Source of the DNA: Coprobacillaceae bacterium
GTDB lineage: Bacteria > Bacillota_I > Bacilli_A > Erysipelotrichales > Coprobacillaceae
Reading direction: 5' to 3'
DNA: 32,000 nucleotides
Assembly (NCBI GenBank): GCA_963675515.1
Contig: OY776328.1
Coordinates: 1,020,001-1,052,000 of the forward strand
Shown here: one piece after another, positions 1-10,988 of the stretch
Position numbering within the stretch: position 1 is the stretch's first letter
Layout of the letters: every line of letters begins with the position of its first letter
Translations under genes and position numbers: made by a program
The notes under the pieces: generated by a model
The model's input: the letters and a program-made list of their open reading frames with translations, nothing else
Told to the model about the DNA's origin: nothing
Databases searched by the model: none

Positions 1-647
1 AGGCATTCGAGAAGGCCGGGGCCAAGGTGGCAATCATCGATATCCTGGAAAACGATTATTTTGTGGGCGATATCGCCAAACCTGAAACGCTCGAGGATTT
101 TCACGACAAGGTCATAAGTGATTTTGGCCATATCGACTTTCTTGTCAACAATGCCATGCCGCTGTTCAAGGGGATAGGCGCATGTTCCTACGAGCAGTTC
201 AATTACGCCCTGCAGGTTGGAGTCAGTGCACCTTTCTATCTGACCAAGCTTTTCCTTGATGATTTTTCCAAGGATGGGGCAATTGTCAATATCTCGTCTT
301 CGCGCGAGAAGATGTCCCAGCCCCAAAGCGAGAGCTATACGGCCGCCAAAGGGGCCATATCGGCGCTTACCCGTTCGCTGGCCATCAGCCTTGGCGGCAA
401 GGTCCGGGTCAATTCCGTATCCCCAGGCTGGATCGACACGAGAAACCAGGAACACCATGGTCCGGATGCGACGCAACATCCCGTAAAAAGGGTCGGGAAA
501 CCCGAAGATATCGTGAATGCGGTCATGTTCCTGTGCTCGAAGGAATCGGGATTCATTACCGGCGAAAATATCTGCGTCGACGGCGGGATGACCAAGCTGA
601 TGATCTACCATGACGACTTTGGCTGGAGCTACAACGACAATGAGTAG
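1..647 (+). CDS. SDR-family (short-chain dehydrogenase/reductase) oxidoreductase, 5'-truncated by the window edge
   Basis: Frame 3 is open from base 3 (AFEKAGAKVAIIDI...), so the listed Met at 27 is internal. Contains NNAM, the catalytic YTAAKGA (YxxxK) and SPGWIDT motifs typical of classical SDRs. Confidence 0.85.
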   Translation, partial: AFEKAGAKVAIIDILENDYFVGDIAKPETLEDFHDKVISDFGHIDFLVNNAMPLFKGIGACSYEQFNYALQVGVSAPFYLTKLFLDDFSKDGAIVNISSSREKMSQPQSESYTAAKGAISALTRSLAISLGGKVRVNSVSPGWIDTRNQEHHGPDATQHPVKRVGKPEDIVNAVMFLCSKESGFITGENICVDGGMTKLMIYHDDFGWSYNDNE

Positions 648-689
648 ACAATCGGGTCAGGCAATAAGTCAAGAAGCGGAGGTGATTGG

Positions 690-1574
690 ATGTTTTTGAT
701 GCAAAGAATCGAGGAGCTGATGGTCAATTACAAGGATGCCCGCCATACGGTCGGGGAATTTGTGCTCAATGAAAAAGCGAATCTGGCAAACTACACAATC
801 GCCCAGATCGCCCAGAAGACATATACGTCCAAGGCGACGGTGGTCCGGTTCGCCAAGACATTAGGCTTTGAGGGCTGGAAGGAGTTCAAGAAAGATTATC
901 TGATGGAGCTTAGCTATCGGGATAGCCACAGCAAGGATGTGGATGTCAATATTCCCTTTAAAAAAGGGGACAGCCTTGATTCGGTTGTGGCCAATATGAT
1001 GAACCTCCAGATCGAAAGTGTGAGAGATACAGCCGACCTTCTTGACTATGCCATGGTCGAAAAAGCGGTGACATACCTCAAACAGGCCCGCCACGTCGCC
1101 ATCTTCGGGGTCAGCCCCAACGATTATCTGGGCCAACTGTTCAAAAGGAAACTTCTTTCAATCTCCAAGCATGCCGATGTGGTGCAGTTCAGTGAAATCG
1201 GGCTGATGTCCAAATACCTTACCAAGGAGGATTGCGCCATCGTTATTTCCTATTCGGGCAACGTCAAATTTTCCGAACCGATGGGCAGCCTCAAGACGAT
1301 GATAAAAAACAAGGTTCCGATTATCGGAATCACCAGTGGCGGGGACAACTTCATCAGGAACAATGTCGATTGTGTTTTGACCATATCCTCAAGGGAAAGA
1401 CTCTATTCCAAAATATCGAACTTCGCTACTGAGAACTCGATCAACTTCATCCTGAATGTGCTCTTTGCAAGATATTTCATGGAAGATTACGATCGCAATC
1501 TAATCTACAAGATCCAGAATGCGAAAGATCTCGAGAGCGACCGGATTGCCACTTTGAAAGAAATGAAAGATTGA
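690..1574 (+). CDS. MurR/RpiR-family transcriptional regulator (HTH plus SIS domain)
   Basis: RBS GGAGGTGA at 678-685. N-terminal HTH segment IAQIAQKTYTSKATVVRFAKTLGFEGWKEFK. C-terminal SIS-like sugar-phosphate-binding region (VAIFGVSPNDYLG ... IVISYSGN). Confidence 0.85.
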   Translation: MFLMQRIEELMVNYKDARHTVGEFVLNEKANLANYTIAQIAQKTYTSKATVVRFAKTLGFEGWKEFKKDYLMELSYRDSHSKDVDVNIPFKKGDSLDSVVANMMNLQIESVRDTADLLDYAMVEKAVTYLKQARHVAIFGVSPNDYLGQLFKRKLLSISKHADVVQFSEIGLMSKYLTKEDCAIVISYSGNVKFSEPMGSLKTMIKNKVPIIGITSGGDNFIRNNVDCVLTISSRERLYSKISNFATENSINFILNVLFARYFMEDYDRNLIYKIQNAKDLESDRIATLKEMKD

Positions 1575-1576
1575 TG

Positions 1577-1601
1577 ACGACTGGATTCCAGTCGTTTTTT
1601 C
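1577..1601 (+). terminator. Intrinsic terminator after the RpiR gene
   Basis: ACGACTGG-att-CCAGTCGT hairpin followed by TTTTTT, immediately after the stop codon. Confidence 0.75.
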
Positions 1602-1683
1602 TCGTAAAAGTTCCATGAAGTTTCACGTTTTTTTAGTGCTGGATGCGTTTTCATGAAACTCCGGTTCACATTCGGGGGAATTG

Positions 1684-1712
1684 TTGAAAAAGGAAAATAT
1701 CGGTGCTAGTAT
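1684..1712 (+). promoter_or_regulatory. Sigma-A-type promoter for the PTS/GH1 operon
   Basis: TTGAAA (1684-1689), 17-nt spacer, TAGTAT (1707-1712) with a TGc extended -10 element, about 95 nt upstream of the PTS start codon. Confidence 0.5.
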
Positions 1713-1808
1713 CTAGTCATGGATGTTCGATACATCCGATTTTGTCGGGTCTAAGCTGGAATTGCATGCACCGGTTTGGATCGACCCAAAGTCCAAGAGG
1801 AGAAATAA

Positions 1809-5089
<3,281 letters not shown>

Positions 5090-5128
5090 GAACTGAACAC
5101 ATTTGCTGTCCTTTGGACAACCAAGTAA

Positions 5129-5166
5129 AACCACGACATATCCAATAAGGATGTCGTGGTTTTCTT
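5129..5166 (+). terminator. Intrinsic terminator after the GH1 gene
   Basis: AACCACGACAT ... ATGTCGTGGTT 11-bp stem followed by TTTCTT. Confidence 0.8.
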
Positions 5167-5265
5167 AGTCAGTGCAATTAAAAGGCGGTTAGTCGAAATA
5201 ATTATACAAACCCATTAATGTGCGTTTTTTAATATACATGTATATGATGTTTGTAAGGAAATAAA

Positions 5266-5294
5266 TTGACATTAAATGGCACCTAAAGTAAAAT
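5266..5294 (+). promoter_or_regulatory. Sigma-A-type promoter of the PadR operon
   Basis: TTGACA (5266-5271), 17-nt spacer, TAAAAT (5289-5294), about 20 nt upstream of the PadR start codon and RBS AGGAGG. Confidence 0.6.
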
Positions 5295-5314
5295 GAGTGT
5301 AGGAGGATGGGCAT

Positions 5315-5617
5315 ATGGATCTTATCAATCACAAACCCTTTCGCGAATTCATAATATTGTCATGTCTGCACAACAAACCTGAAGGACTGAGCATCCACCA
5401 GCTGCTCAAGGCACTCAACGGCTTCTTTCCAGTCGATGAGGTGGAACTGTTTCTGTCCTTGCAAAAGCTGTTGAAGGATAACTTGATCAAGGGTGTCAAC
5501 AACAGCGAATTGATGCAGGTTTTCTATGTCCTTACCGGTGAAGGCCAGGGACATTGTCAAAGCCTGCAAAAAGAGTGGAATGATTTGCAGGAAAAGTTGG
5601 GCATGCTAGTCGAGTGA
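5315..5617 (+). CDS. PadR-like winged-helix transcriptional regulator
   Basis: 100 aa. Pattern ILSCLHNKPEGLSIHQLLKAL ... YVLTGEGQ resembles small PadR-family regulators. It sits in the usual position in front of a DUF1700 gene. Confidence 0.65.
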   Translation: MDLINHKPFREFIILSCLHNKPEGLSIHQLLKALNGFFPVDEVELFLSLQKLLKDNLIKGVNNSELMQVFYVLTGEGQGHCQSLQKEWNDLQEKLGMLVE

Positions 5618-5627
5618 GGTGATCTTT

Positions 5628-6251
5628 ATGAACAAATATGAATTTCTCGAATCTCTTGAACGCAATCTGCAGGATGTAGGCTTCCAGGTGAGGCAAGACA
5701 CCTTGCGTTATTACCAGGATCTCATTGAAAATGGCGGGGATGACCAGGAGGCAACCATAAGAAATCTTGGTTCGCCTGAGACAATAGCCGCCAGGATCAA
5801 AGCGGATCAGGGTATTAATTCTTTTGAAAGCCAGGCATATAACGGCAATGATCCAGAAGTCAAAGTACCTTCCAGACAAAGCGTAGATAAGAATCTGATC
5901 TTGATAATCGCAATAATCATTATCATGGCATCTTTTTCTTTAGGTGGGATTGGTGGGGCTTTTGGCATAATAATTGGAATGGTAGCGGGGATTTTTGGCT
6001 TATTGGTGGGCTTGCTTTCCTTTGGTATTATTTCGTTCATTCACGGCATTAACACCCTGCTGCTTATCGAAAACGGCTTTGACACCGGGAATGTCCTGAT
6101 CCATGTGGGAATTTTTTTGGTCAACATCGCCCTGACCTTCCTTTGGTTGGCGCTGTTTATCGCCATTGTCAAGGCGCTGCCGCTGATTGTCAAGGCAGTA
6201 ATTGAAGCCATCACCCGATTTGTGGGATGGCTGAGGAGGTTGCTGACATGA
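5628..6251 (+). CDS. DUF1700-family membrane protein (PadR-associated sensor-like partner)
   Basis: Start moved to ATG 5628 (RBS GAGGTG 5615-5620). The listed 5619 start is a GTG only 2 nt after the PadR stop. N-terminus MNKYEFLESLERNL...NLGSPETIAARI is typical of DUF1700. The C-terminal half is Gly/Ile-rich transmembrane helices. Confidence 0.75.
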   Translation: MNKYEFLESLERNLQDVGFQVRQDTLRYYQDLIENGGDDQEATIRNLGSPETIAARIKADQGINSFESQAYNGNDPEVKVPSRQSVDKNLILIIAIIIIMASFSLGGIGGAFGIIIGMVAGIFGLLVGLLSFGIISFIHGINTLLLIENGFDTGNVLIHVGIFLVNIALTFLWLALFIAIVKALPLIVKAVIEAITRFVGWLRRLLT

Positions 6252-7009
6252 AAAAGCTATCCAATGCGCTTGTGTTTTTCTTCATCGCCTGTCTGGTGGT
6301 GGGGATTGCCATGATTTCAGTGGGCTATGGCATGAGTGAACAGAACACTTTCAAGCTGACCGACATCCTGGGATTTGGCGTGATCGAGGACAAGGATTAC
6401 CAATCACTGAATCTCAGTTCGATAAGCAATGTCAAGATCGAGGCCAATGCCAAGGTCATTTTCCGCGAGGGCGACAGCCTCAAGCTTATCTACACGACTC
6501 CTAGCGACAGTGTGAGTGTCAATGGTGACAGCCTGAACGTCAAGGAAAAAAACACCAACACCATCGGTTTTTACTTTGGCAAGGTGAAAGTCGACACCAT
6601 TATCATCGAATACCCAAAAGGCTACGATTTTTCCAATATCGACCTTACCATCGACGTATCGAGCATCGTTATCGATGACTTGAACGCCTTGAATCTTTAC
6701 ATCAACAACGATGCCGGCAGCAACGAGATCAATGATAGCACCATCGCCAATATCGATATCGACAGCGATGTCGGTTCGACCAGGATCGACGGTGTGGATT
6801 TCAACTCGCTCAAAGGAAAGATCGATGTCGGAAGCGTGACAATCAACCTGATTGACGATGTTTCCAATTACAGCCTAAAGCTAAACGGTGATGTGGCAAG
6901 CATCAAAGTCGACGGTCAGGATGTGGGTGATTACAATTCTGAGGGATTGACGAACAAGACAATCGAGATTGACAGCGACGTCGGTTCGATCAGGATCATT
7001 TCTGGCTGA
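6248..7009 (+). CDS. DUF4097-family beta-strand-repeat protein with an N-terminal membrane anchor
   Basis: Start moved to ATG 6248 (RBS GAGGAGG 6233-6239, ATGA overlap with the upstream stop). One transmembrane helix is followed by repeated D-x-D-V-G-S-x-R-I strands (IDSDVGSTRI, IDVGSVTI, IDSDVGSIRI). Confidence 0.75.
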   Translation: MKKLSNALVFFFIACLVVGIAMISVGYGMSEQNTFKLTDILGFGVIEDKDYQSLNLSSISNVKIEANAKVIFREGDSLKLIYTTPSDSVSVNGDSLNVKEKNTNTIGFYFGKVKVDTIIIEYPKGYDFSNIDLTIDVSSIVIDDLNALNLYINNDAGSNEINDSTIANIDIDSDVGSTRIDGVDFNSLKGKIDVGSVTINLIDDVSNYSLKLNGDVASIKVDGQDVGDYNSEGLTNKTIEIDSDVGSIRIISG

Positions 7010-7010
7010 T

Positions 7011-7562
7011 ATGGCGATAGAAGAGGTCCAATCGCATTTAAAGCGTAAAAACAAAATTCTTTTTTCCAGGGACAGTGATGTTCTTGATAATCTGACTACC
7101 CTTATCGAGATGGCAGACAGGAAGGTAGCGGTTTTGTGGGCGCTTGATATTGCCACTGGAATTGTCCTCGAGCTTGACGGAAAATATCCTGAGATCAAAC
7201 TGTTCGAACAGAGCCTGAATCTCGCATATCTGTGGATGCAGGGGATGGTCAAGATGCCGGCAGTCAAAAAGGCGATTTTAAAGCTCCATGGGCTGGCCAA
7301 ATTTTTCGAGCAGGACCCGGTGACGATGCCGGATGGTCTTAAAATCCGGGCATTGGCCCATGGTCTTTCATCGATCCATTCCAAGAAACATGCCATCGGT
7401 ATGCCTCTTTACTATCTTTCCGCCCTGGTGCAACTAGACAAGGAAGGCTATGAGTTGCCGGTAAGAAAGGAAATCAAGAAATACCAGGAAACACTAGAAT
7501 ATTACATAAGGAACGAGGCCAAATTCAATGTCCATTGGGCCGGGTTTCTTGAAAACAGCTGA
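7011..7562 (+). CDS. Hypothetical all-helical cytoplasmic protein, tentatively Imm5-like
   Basis: Start at ATG 7011, 1 nt after the DUF4097 stop. No transmembrane helix or signal peptide. The pattern VAVLWALDIATGIVLEL...YPE...A..W..G...MPAVKKAILKLHGLAK...RALAHGLSSIH...HA resembles Imm5-like putative immunity proteins as I recall them. Confidence 0.45.
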   Translation: MAIEEVQSHLKRKNKILFSRDSDVLDNLTTLIEMADRKVAVLWALDIATGIVLELDGKYPEIKLFEQSLNLAYLWMQGMVKMPAVKKAILKLHGLAKFFEQDPVTMPDGLKIRALAHGLSSIHSKKHAIGMPLYYLSALVQLDKEGYELPVRKEIKKYQETLEYYIRNEAKFNVHWAGFLENS

Positions 7563-7593
7563 CGGGATTCTCAATCGAGGATTCCGTTCTTTC
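7562..7593 (+). terminator. Intrinsic terminator closing the PadR operon
   Basis: ACGGGATTC-tcaatcga-GGATTCCGT (two G:U pairs) followed by a T-rich tract. Confidence 0.6.
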
Positions 7594-7621
7594 AAATAAT
7601 TTTGGATAACGGGACAAATCG

Positions 7622-7650
7622 TTGTAAAGATTTCGCAATTTTTGTATAAT
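7622..7650 (+). promoter_or_regulatory. Sigma-A-type promoter for proBA
   Basis: TTGTAA (7622-7627), 17-nt spacer, TATAAT (7645-7650), 20 nt upstream of the proB ATG. Confidence 0.6.
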
Positions 7651-7669
7651 ACCCTTGTGAGGTAAAACC

Positions 7670-8794
7670 ATGAGAGACATAAGCAAAATCAAAAGTGTAG
7701 TAATCAAAATCGGCAGCTCGTCGCTTTGCGATGCGGCCAATAAAATAAACAAGGAAAAAATACTCAAGCTCATCAACCAGATCGCAATCTTGAAACGGCG
7801 GGGCTTGAAGGTCACGATTGTATCATCCGGGGCGATCATGGCGGGCATGGACAAGCTAAATCTAAAGACCAAGCCCACCAACATTCCCCAGAAGCAGGCA
7901 TTGGCGGCTATCGGCCAGGCTTCACTGATGCAGATATACGAGGACCTGTTCGATCTGTTCGACCTCAAGTGTGCCCAGGTGTTGCTCAACCATGACGATT
8001 TTGGGGAGCGGATGCGACTGCTCAACCTGACCAACACGCTCAACTCGATGTTCGAATATGGGGTCATTCCGATCATCAATGAAAACGACACCCTGGCGGT
8101 TGACGAGATCAAGGTGGGCGACAACGACACCCTGGCGGCATTGATGGTGCCCATGGTAGATGGCGACCTGCTTGTGCTCGTGTCGGATATCGACGGACTT
8201 TATGACGACAACCCTCATACCAACCCAAAGGCCAAACTGATCTCCAATGTCATCTGCATCGATGACAATATCCGCTCGATGGCCAAGGACCCGACCACCA
8301 AGGTGGGAACCGGAGGAATGGTCACCAAGATCAAAGCGGCCAAGATTGTCAATGATTACGGCTGTGCCATGGCGATCGTCAATGGCCAGCAGCCCAATGT
8401 GATCGTCGATTTGCTTGACGGCGAGATTGTGGGAACCTGGTTCGACGGCAAGGCTGGCCGGACCCTGACTTCAAGACAGCACTGGCTTTTCCACCGGTCT
8501 TCACCAAAAGGCAAGATCGTGGTCGATGACGGGGCGGCCAAGGCCTTGATAGAAAAGCATACTTCGCTGTTGCCAAAGGGCATTGTCGATGTCATCGGGG
8601 ATTTTTTGATGTCGGCGGTCGTGGAAATAGTCGACTTGAAGGGTCAGGTTTTGGCCCGGGGGCAGACGAACTACTCGTCAAATGAAATCCGCCTGATCAA
8701 GGGTCTGAGAACCGACCAGATCGAAGCGGTGCTGCATTACAAAGATTACGATACGATAATTCATGCCAACAACCTGGTGTTGAACAAGGAGTAG
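7670..8794 (+). CDS. proB: Glutamate 5-kinase with C-terminal PUA domain
   Basis: VVIKIGSSSL N-terminus, amino-acid kinase fold motifs (VSSGAI, GDNDTLAA, GTGGMVTK) and a PUA-like C-terminus (GKIVVDDGAAKAL...LLPKGI). Confidence 0.92.
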   Translation: MRDISKIKSVVIKIGSSSLCDAANKINKEKILKLINQIAILKRRGLKVTIVSSGAIMAGMDKLNLKTKPTNIPQKQALAAIGQASLMQIYEDLFDLFDLKCAQVLLNHDDFGERMRLLNLTNTLNSMFEYGVIPIINENDTLAVDEIKVGDNDTLAALMVPMVDGDLLVLVSDIDGLYDDNPHTNPKAKLISNVICIDDNIRSMAKDPTTKVGTGGMVTKIKAAKIVNDYGCAMAIVNGQQPNVIVDLLDGEIVGTWFDGKAGRTLTSRQHWLFHRSSPKGKIVVDDGAAKALIEKHTSLLPKGIVDVIGDFLMSAVVEIVDLKGQVLARGQTNYSSNEIRLIKGLRTDQIEAVLHYKDYDTIIHANNLVLNKE

Positions 8795-8797
8795 AAT

Positions 8798-10039
8798 ATG
8801 GATGAAACAATAATCAGACAACTGGAGAAAACAAAACAGGCCAAAAAATTCATGATGACCTGTGAAAAAGCGACAAAGGAGGCGGCGTTGACAGCCATCG
8901 CCGCGGCTTTGAAAGCCAACACCGATATCATCGTCGAGCAAAACAAGAAGGATGTGGCCATGGCCGGTGAAAACGGAATCTCGGAAGCGATGGTCGACCG
9001 GCTGCTGCTCACCCCTGAGCGGATCGAGGCGATCGCCAACGACGTATTGAAAGTCCGCGATCTTCCTGATCCGATCAATGAAGTGATCCGGGTGATCGAA
9101 CGGCCCAACGGTCTGGTCATCAAGCAGGTGCGCATTCCGATCGGGACGGTCGGAGTCATCTACGAATCAAGGCCAAACGTGACGGTTGACATCTCTGCCA
9201 TCTGCATCAAGACAAACAACGTAGCGGTGTTAAAAGGCGGGAAAGAGGCCATCAATTCGAACCGGATCCTGGTGAAGGTCATCAATGACGCTATCAAAGA
9301 CATCCTGGTTGACGGCTGCGTGGAGCTGATCGAAACCAGCGACCGCGACCAGATAACCAGACTGATGCAGGCCAACGAGTATCTTGATGTCATCATCCCT
9401 AGAGGTTCGGCATCTTTGATCCAGGCGGTTGTCAAGAACGCTTCGGTGCCGGTAATCGAGACGGGAGCGGGGATCTGCCACCTGTATATCGACAGTGAAG
9501 CCGATCTGACCATGGCTTTGGAAATCGCCCTTAACGGCAAGGTTCAGCGTCCGTCGGTGTGCAATGCGATCGAGACAATTCTGGTCAACGAAGCGGTGGC
9601 CGAAAAGTTCGTGCCCAAGCTCGCCCAAGCCTTCAAGCCTTACAATGTGACAATCTACGGCGACGAGGTGGTTTGCAGTCTGATTGACGCCAAGGAAGCG
9701 ACAGCCAAGAACTACGCGACCGAATATGACGATTACATCTGCAACATCAAGACAGTCAAGGATGTCAATGAAGCTATCGAGCATATCTATCAGTACTCGA
9801 CCAAACATTCTGAAGCAATCGTTACCAAGAACGACAAAACAGCTGAATATTTCCTTAACGCACTTGATTCGGCCTGTGTCTATCACAATGCTTCGACCCG
9901 TTTTTCCGACGGAGGCGAGTTCGGCTTTGGCAGCGAGGTCGGGATCTCAACCCAGAAGCTTCATGCCCGAGGACCGCTTGGACTTCAGGAAATGACTTCA
10001 AGCAAATACAAGGTGTATGGAAAGGGTCAGGTAAGATAA
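8798..10039 (+). CDS. proA: Glutamate-5-semialdehyde dehydrogenase (gamma-glutamyl phosphate reductase)
   Basis: GVIYESRPNVTVD, LKGGKEA, catalytic-Cys context PSVCNAIETILV and YHNASTRFSDGGEFG. Starts 3 nt after proB. Confidence 0.92.
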   Translation: MDETIIRQLEKTKQAKKFMMTCEKATKEAALTAIAAALKANTDIIVEQNKKDVAMAGENGISEAMVDRLLLTPERIEAIANDVLKVRDLPDPINEVIRVIERPNGLVIKQVRIPIGTVGVIYESRPNVTVDISAICIKTNNVAVLKGGKEAINSNRILVKVINDAIKDILVDGCVELIETSDRDQITRLMQANEYLDVIIPRGSASLIQAVVKNASVPVIETGAGICHLYIDSEADLTMALEIALNGKVQRPSVCNAIETILVNEAVAEKFVPKLAQAFKPYNVTIYGDEVVCSLIDAKEATAKNYATEYDDYICNIKTVKDVNEAIEHIYQYSTKHSEAIVTKNDKTAEYFLNALDSACVYHNASTRFSDGGEFGFGSEVGISTQKLHARGPLGLQEMTSSKYKVYGKGQVR

Positions 10040-10452
10040 TGAACGTAGACTCAAGAGTTGAAAAAGCAATCGAGATAAGAGGGCTTAAATACAATTGCGC
10101 CCAGACTGTCATCGGGGCCTACGCTGACGCCATCGATGTTCCTTTCGAACAGCTCATGAAGATGAGCGAAGGACTCGGGGGCGGCATCGCCGGAACCGGA
10201 GACACCTGCGGGGTCATTACCGGAGCCGCTCTGGTCCTTGGATTGATTGAGGGCACGAGCGAACCGGATTTGGACCACAAAGCAGAGCTTAGCGCGAAAA
10301 TCAAGGATCTGATCGACGAGTTTAAGGAGGAACATGGCACAATTTCATGTTTCGAGCTAAAGGGTATCGTCAATCCCGAAGTCCGCAAGAAATCATCGAC
10401 ATGCAACGAATTGATCTTCGCAATGGTGCGCATGATCGACAGATATCTCTGA
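10039..10452 (+). CDS. C_GCAxxG_C_C-family protein (putative redox-active, function unknown)
   Basis: YNCAQTV ... TCGVITGA (CGxxxGA) ... SCFELK ... TCNELI cysteine pattern. Its start codon overlaps the proA stop (TAATG). Confidence 0.75.
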   Translation: MNVDSRVEKAIEIRGLKYNCAQTVIGAYADAIDVPFEQLMKMSEGLGGGIAGTGDTCGVITGAALVLGLIEGTSEPDLDHKAELSAKIKDLIDEFKEEHGTISCFELKGIVNPEVRKKSSTCNELIFAMVRMIDRYL

Positions 10453-10477
10453 AATCCCGCAATCCGGGATTTTTTTG
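10452..10477 (+). terminator. Intrinsic terminator after the proBA / C_GCAxxG_C_C operon
   Basis: AAATCCCG-caatc-CGGGATTT followed by TTTTT. Confidence 0.8.
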
Positions 10478-10505
10478 TTGACTATAATTGAGAAGTGTTT
10501 ATAAT
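10478..10505 (+). promoter_or_regulatory. Sigma-A-type promoter for the MarR-ABC operon
   Basis: TTGACT (10478-10483), 16-nt spacer, TATAAT (10500-10505). An imperfect inverted repeat TTAGT-agacta-ACTAA lies at 10507-10522 and could be a MarR operator. Confidence 0.6.
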
Positions 10506-10538
10506 GTTAGTAGACTAACTAATCGCAAGGAGGTTAAT

Positions 10539-10988
10539 ATGAAAGACAAAAAGATCGAGCAGCTCTCGCTCGATGTCCACTTTTTTTCCAAGGAAGTCAA
10601 GGATTATGCCAAGTCGAAATTCTGCAACCAGGATTTCAACCATCACCAAGGCCGGCTGCTGATGGTCCTGGTGGAGAATCCGGATTTCAACCAGGCCCAG
10701 CTGGCAAAGAAACTGGAGATTACTCCGGCGACCCTGTCGGTCCGGCTCAAGAAACTTGAAGATTCCGGCTATGTCCAGCGGATTGAAAAACCGGAAGACA
10801 AGCGGAACTACCAACTTGAGGTGACTAGAAAAGGGCTCGAGAACATTGCGGCCATCAAAAAGTCATTCAGGGAAATGTCCAAGGAGATTTTTTCCTGTCT
10901 GGAAGATCAGGAAATCGACCAGCTCAGTGGGCTGATAAACAAATGTCGCAACAATATCAATAAGATGAAGGATAAAAGCATATGTTAA
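10539..10988 (+). CDS. MarR-family transcriptional regulator
   Basis: Start moved to ATG 10539 (RBS AGGAGG 10527-10532). Winged-helix segment QAQLAKKLEITPATLSVRLKKLEDSGYVQRIEKPEDKRN. Confidence 0.85.
   Translation: MKDKKIEQLSLDVHFFSKEVKDYAKSKFCNQDFNHHQGRLLMVLVENPDFNQAQLAKKLEITPATLSVRLKKLEDSGYVQRIEKPEDKRNYQLEVTRKGLENIAAIKKSFREMSKEIFSCLEDQEIDQLSGLINKCRNNINKMKDKSIC

Noticed and set aside
1713-1808. Possible RAT/terminator antitermination element (GGAATTGCATGCACCGG...) in the PTS leader.
   Set aside because: It matches the RAT consensus poorly. The only hairpin is 6 bp with a weak U-tract, and no BglG/LicT-type gene is present in the window.
7594-7669. Possible T-box or attenuator leader upstream of proBA, as in Bacillus.
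   Set aside because: The predicted promoter leaves only about 20 nt of leader, far too short for a T-box. No specifier or antiterminator structure is visible.
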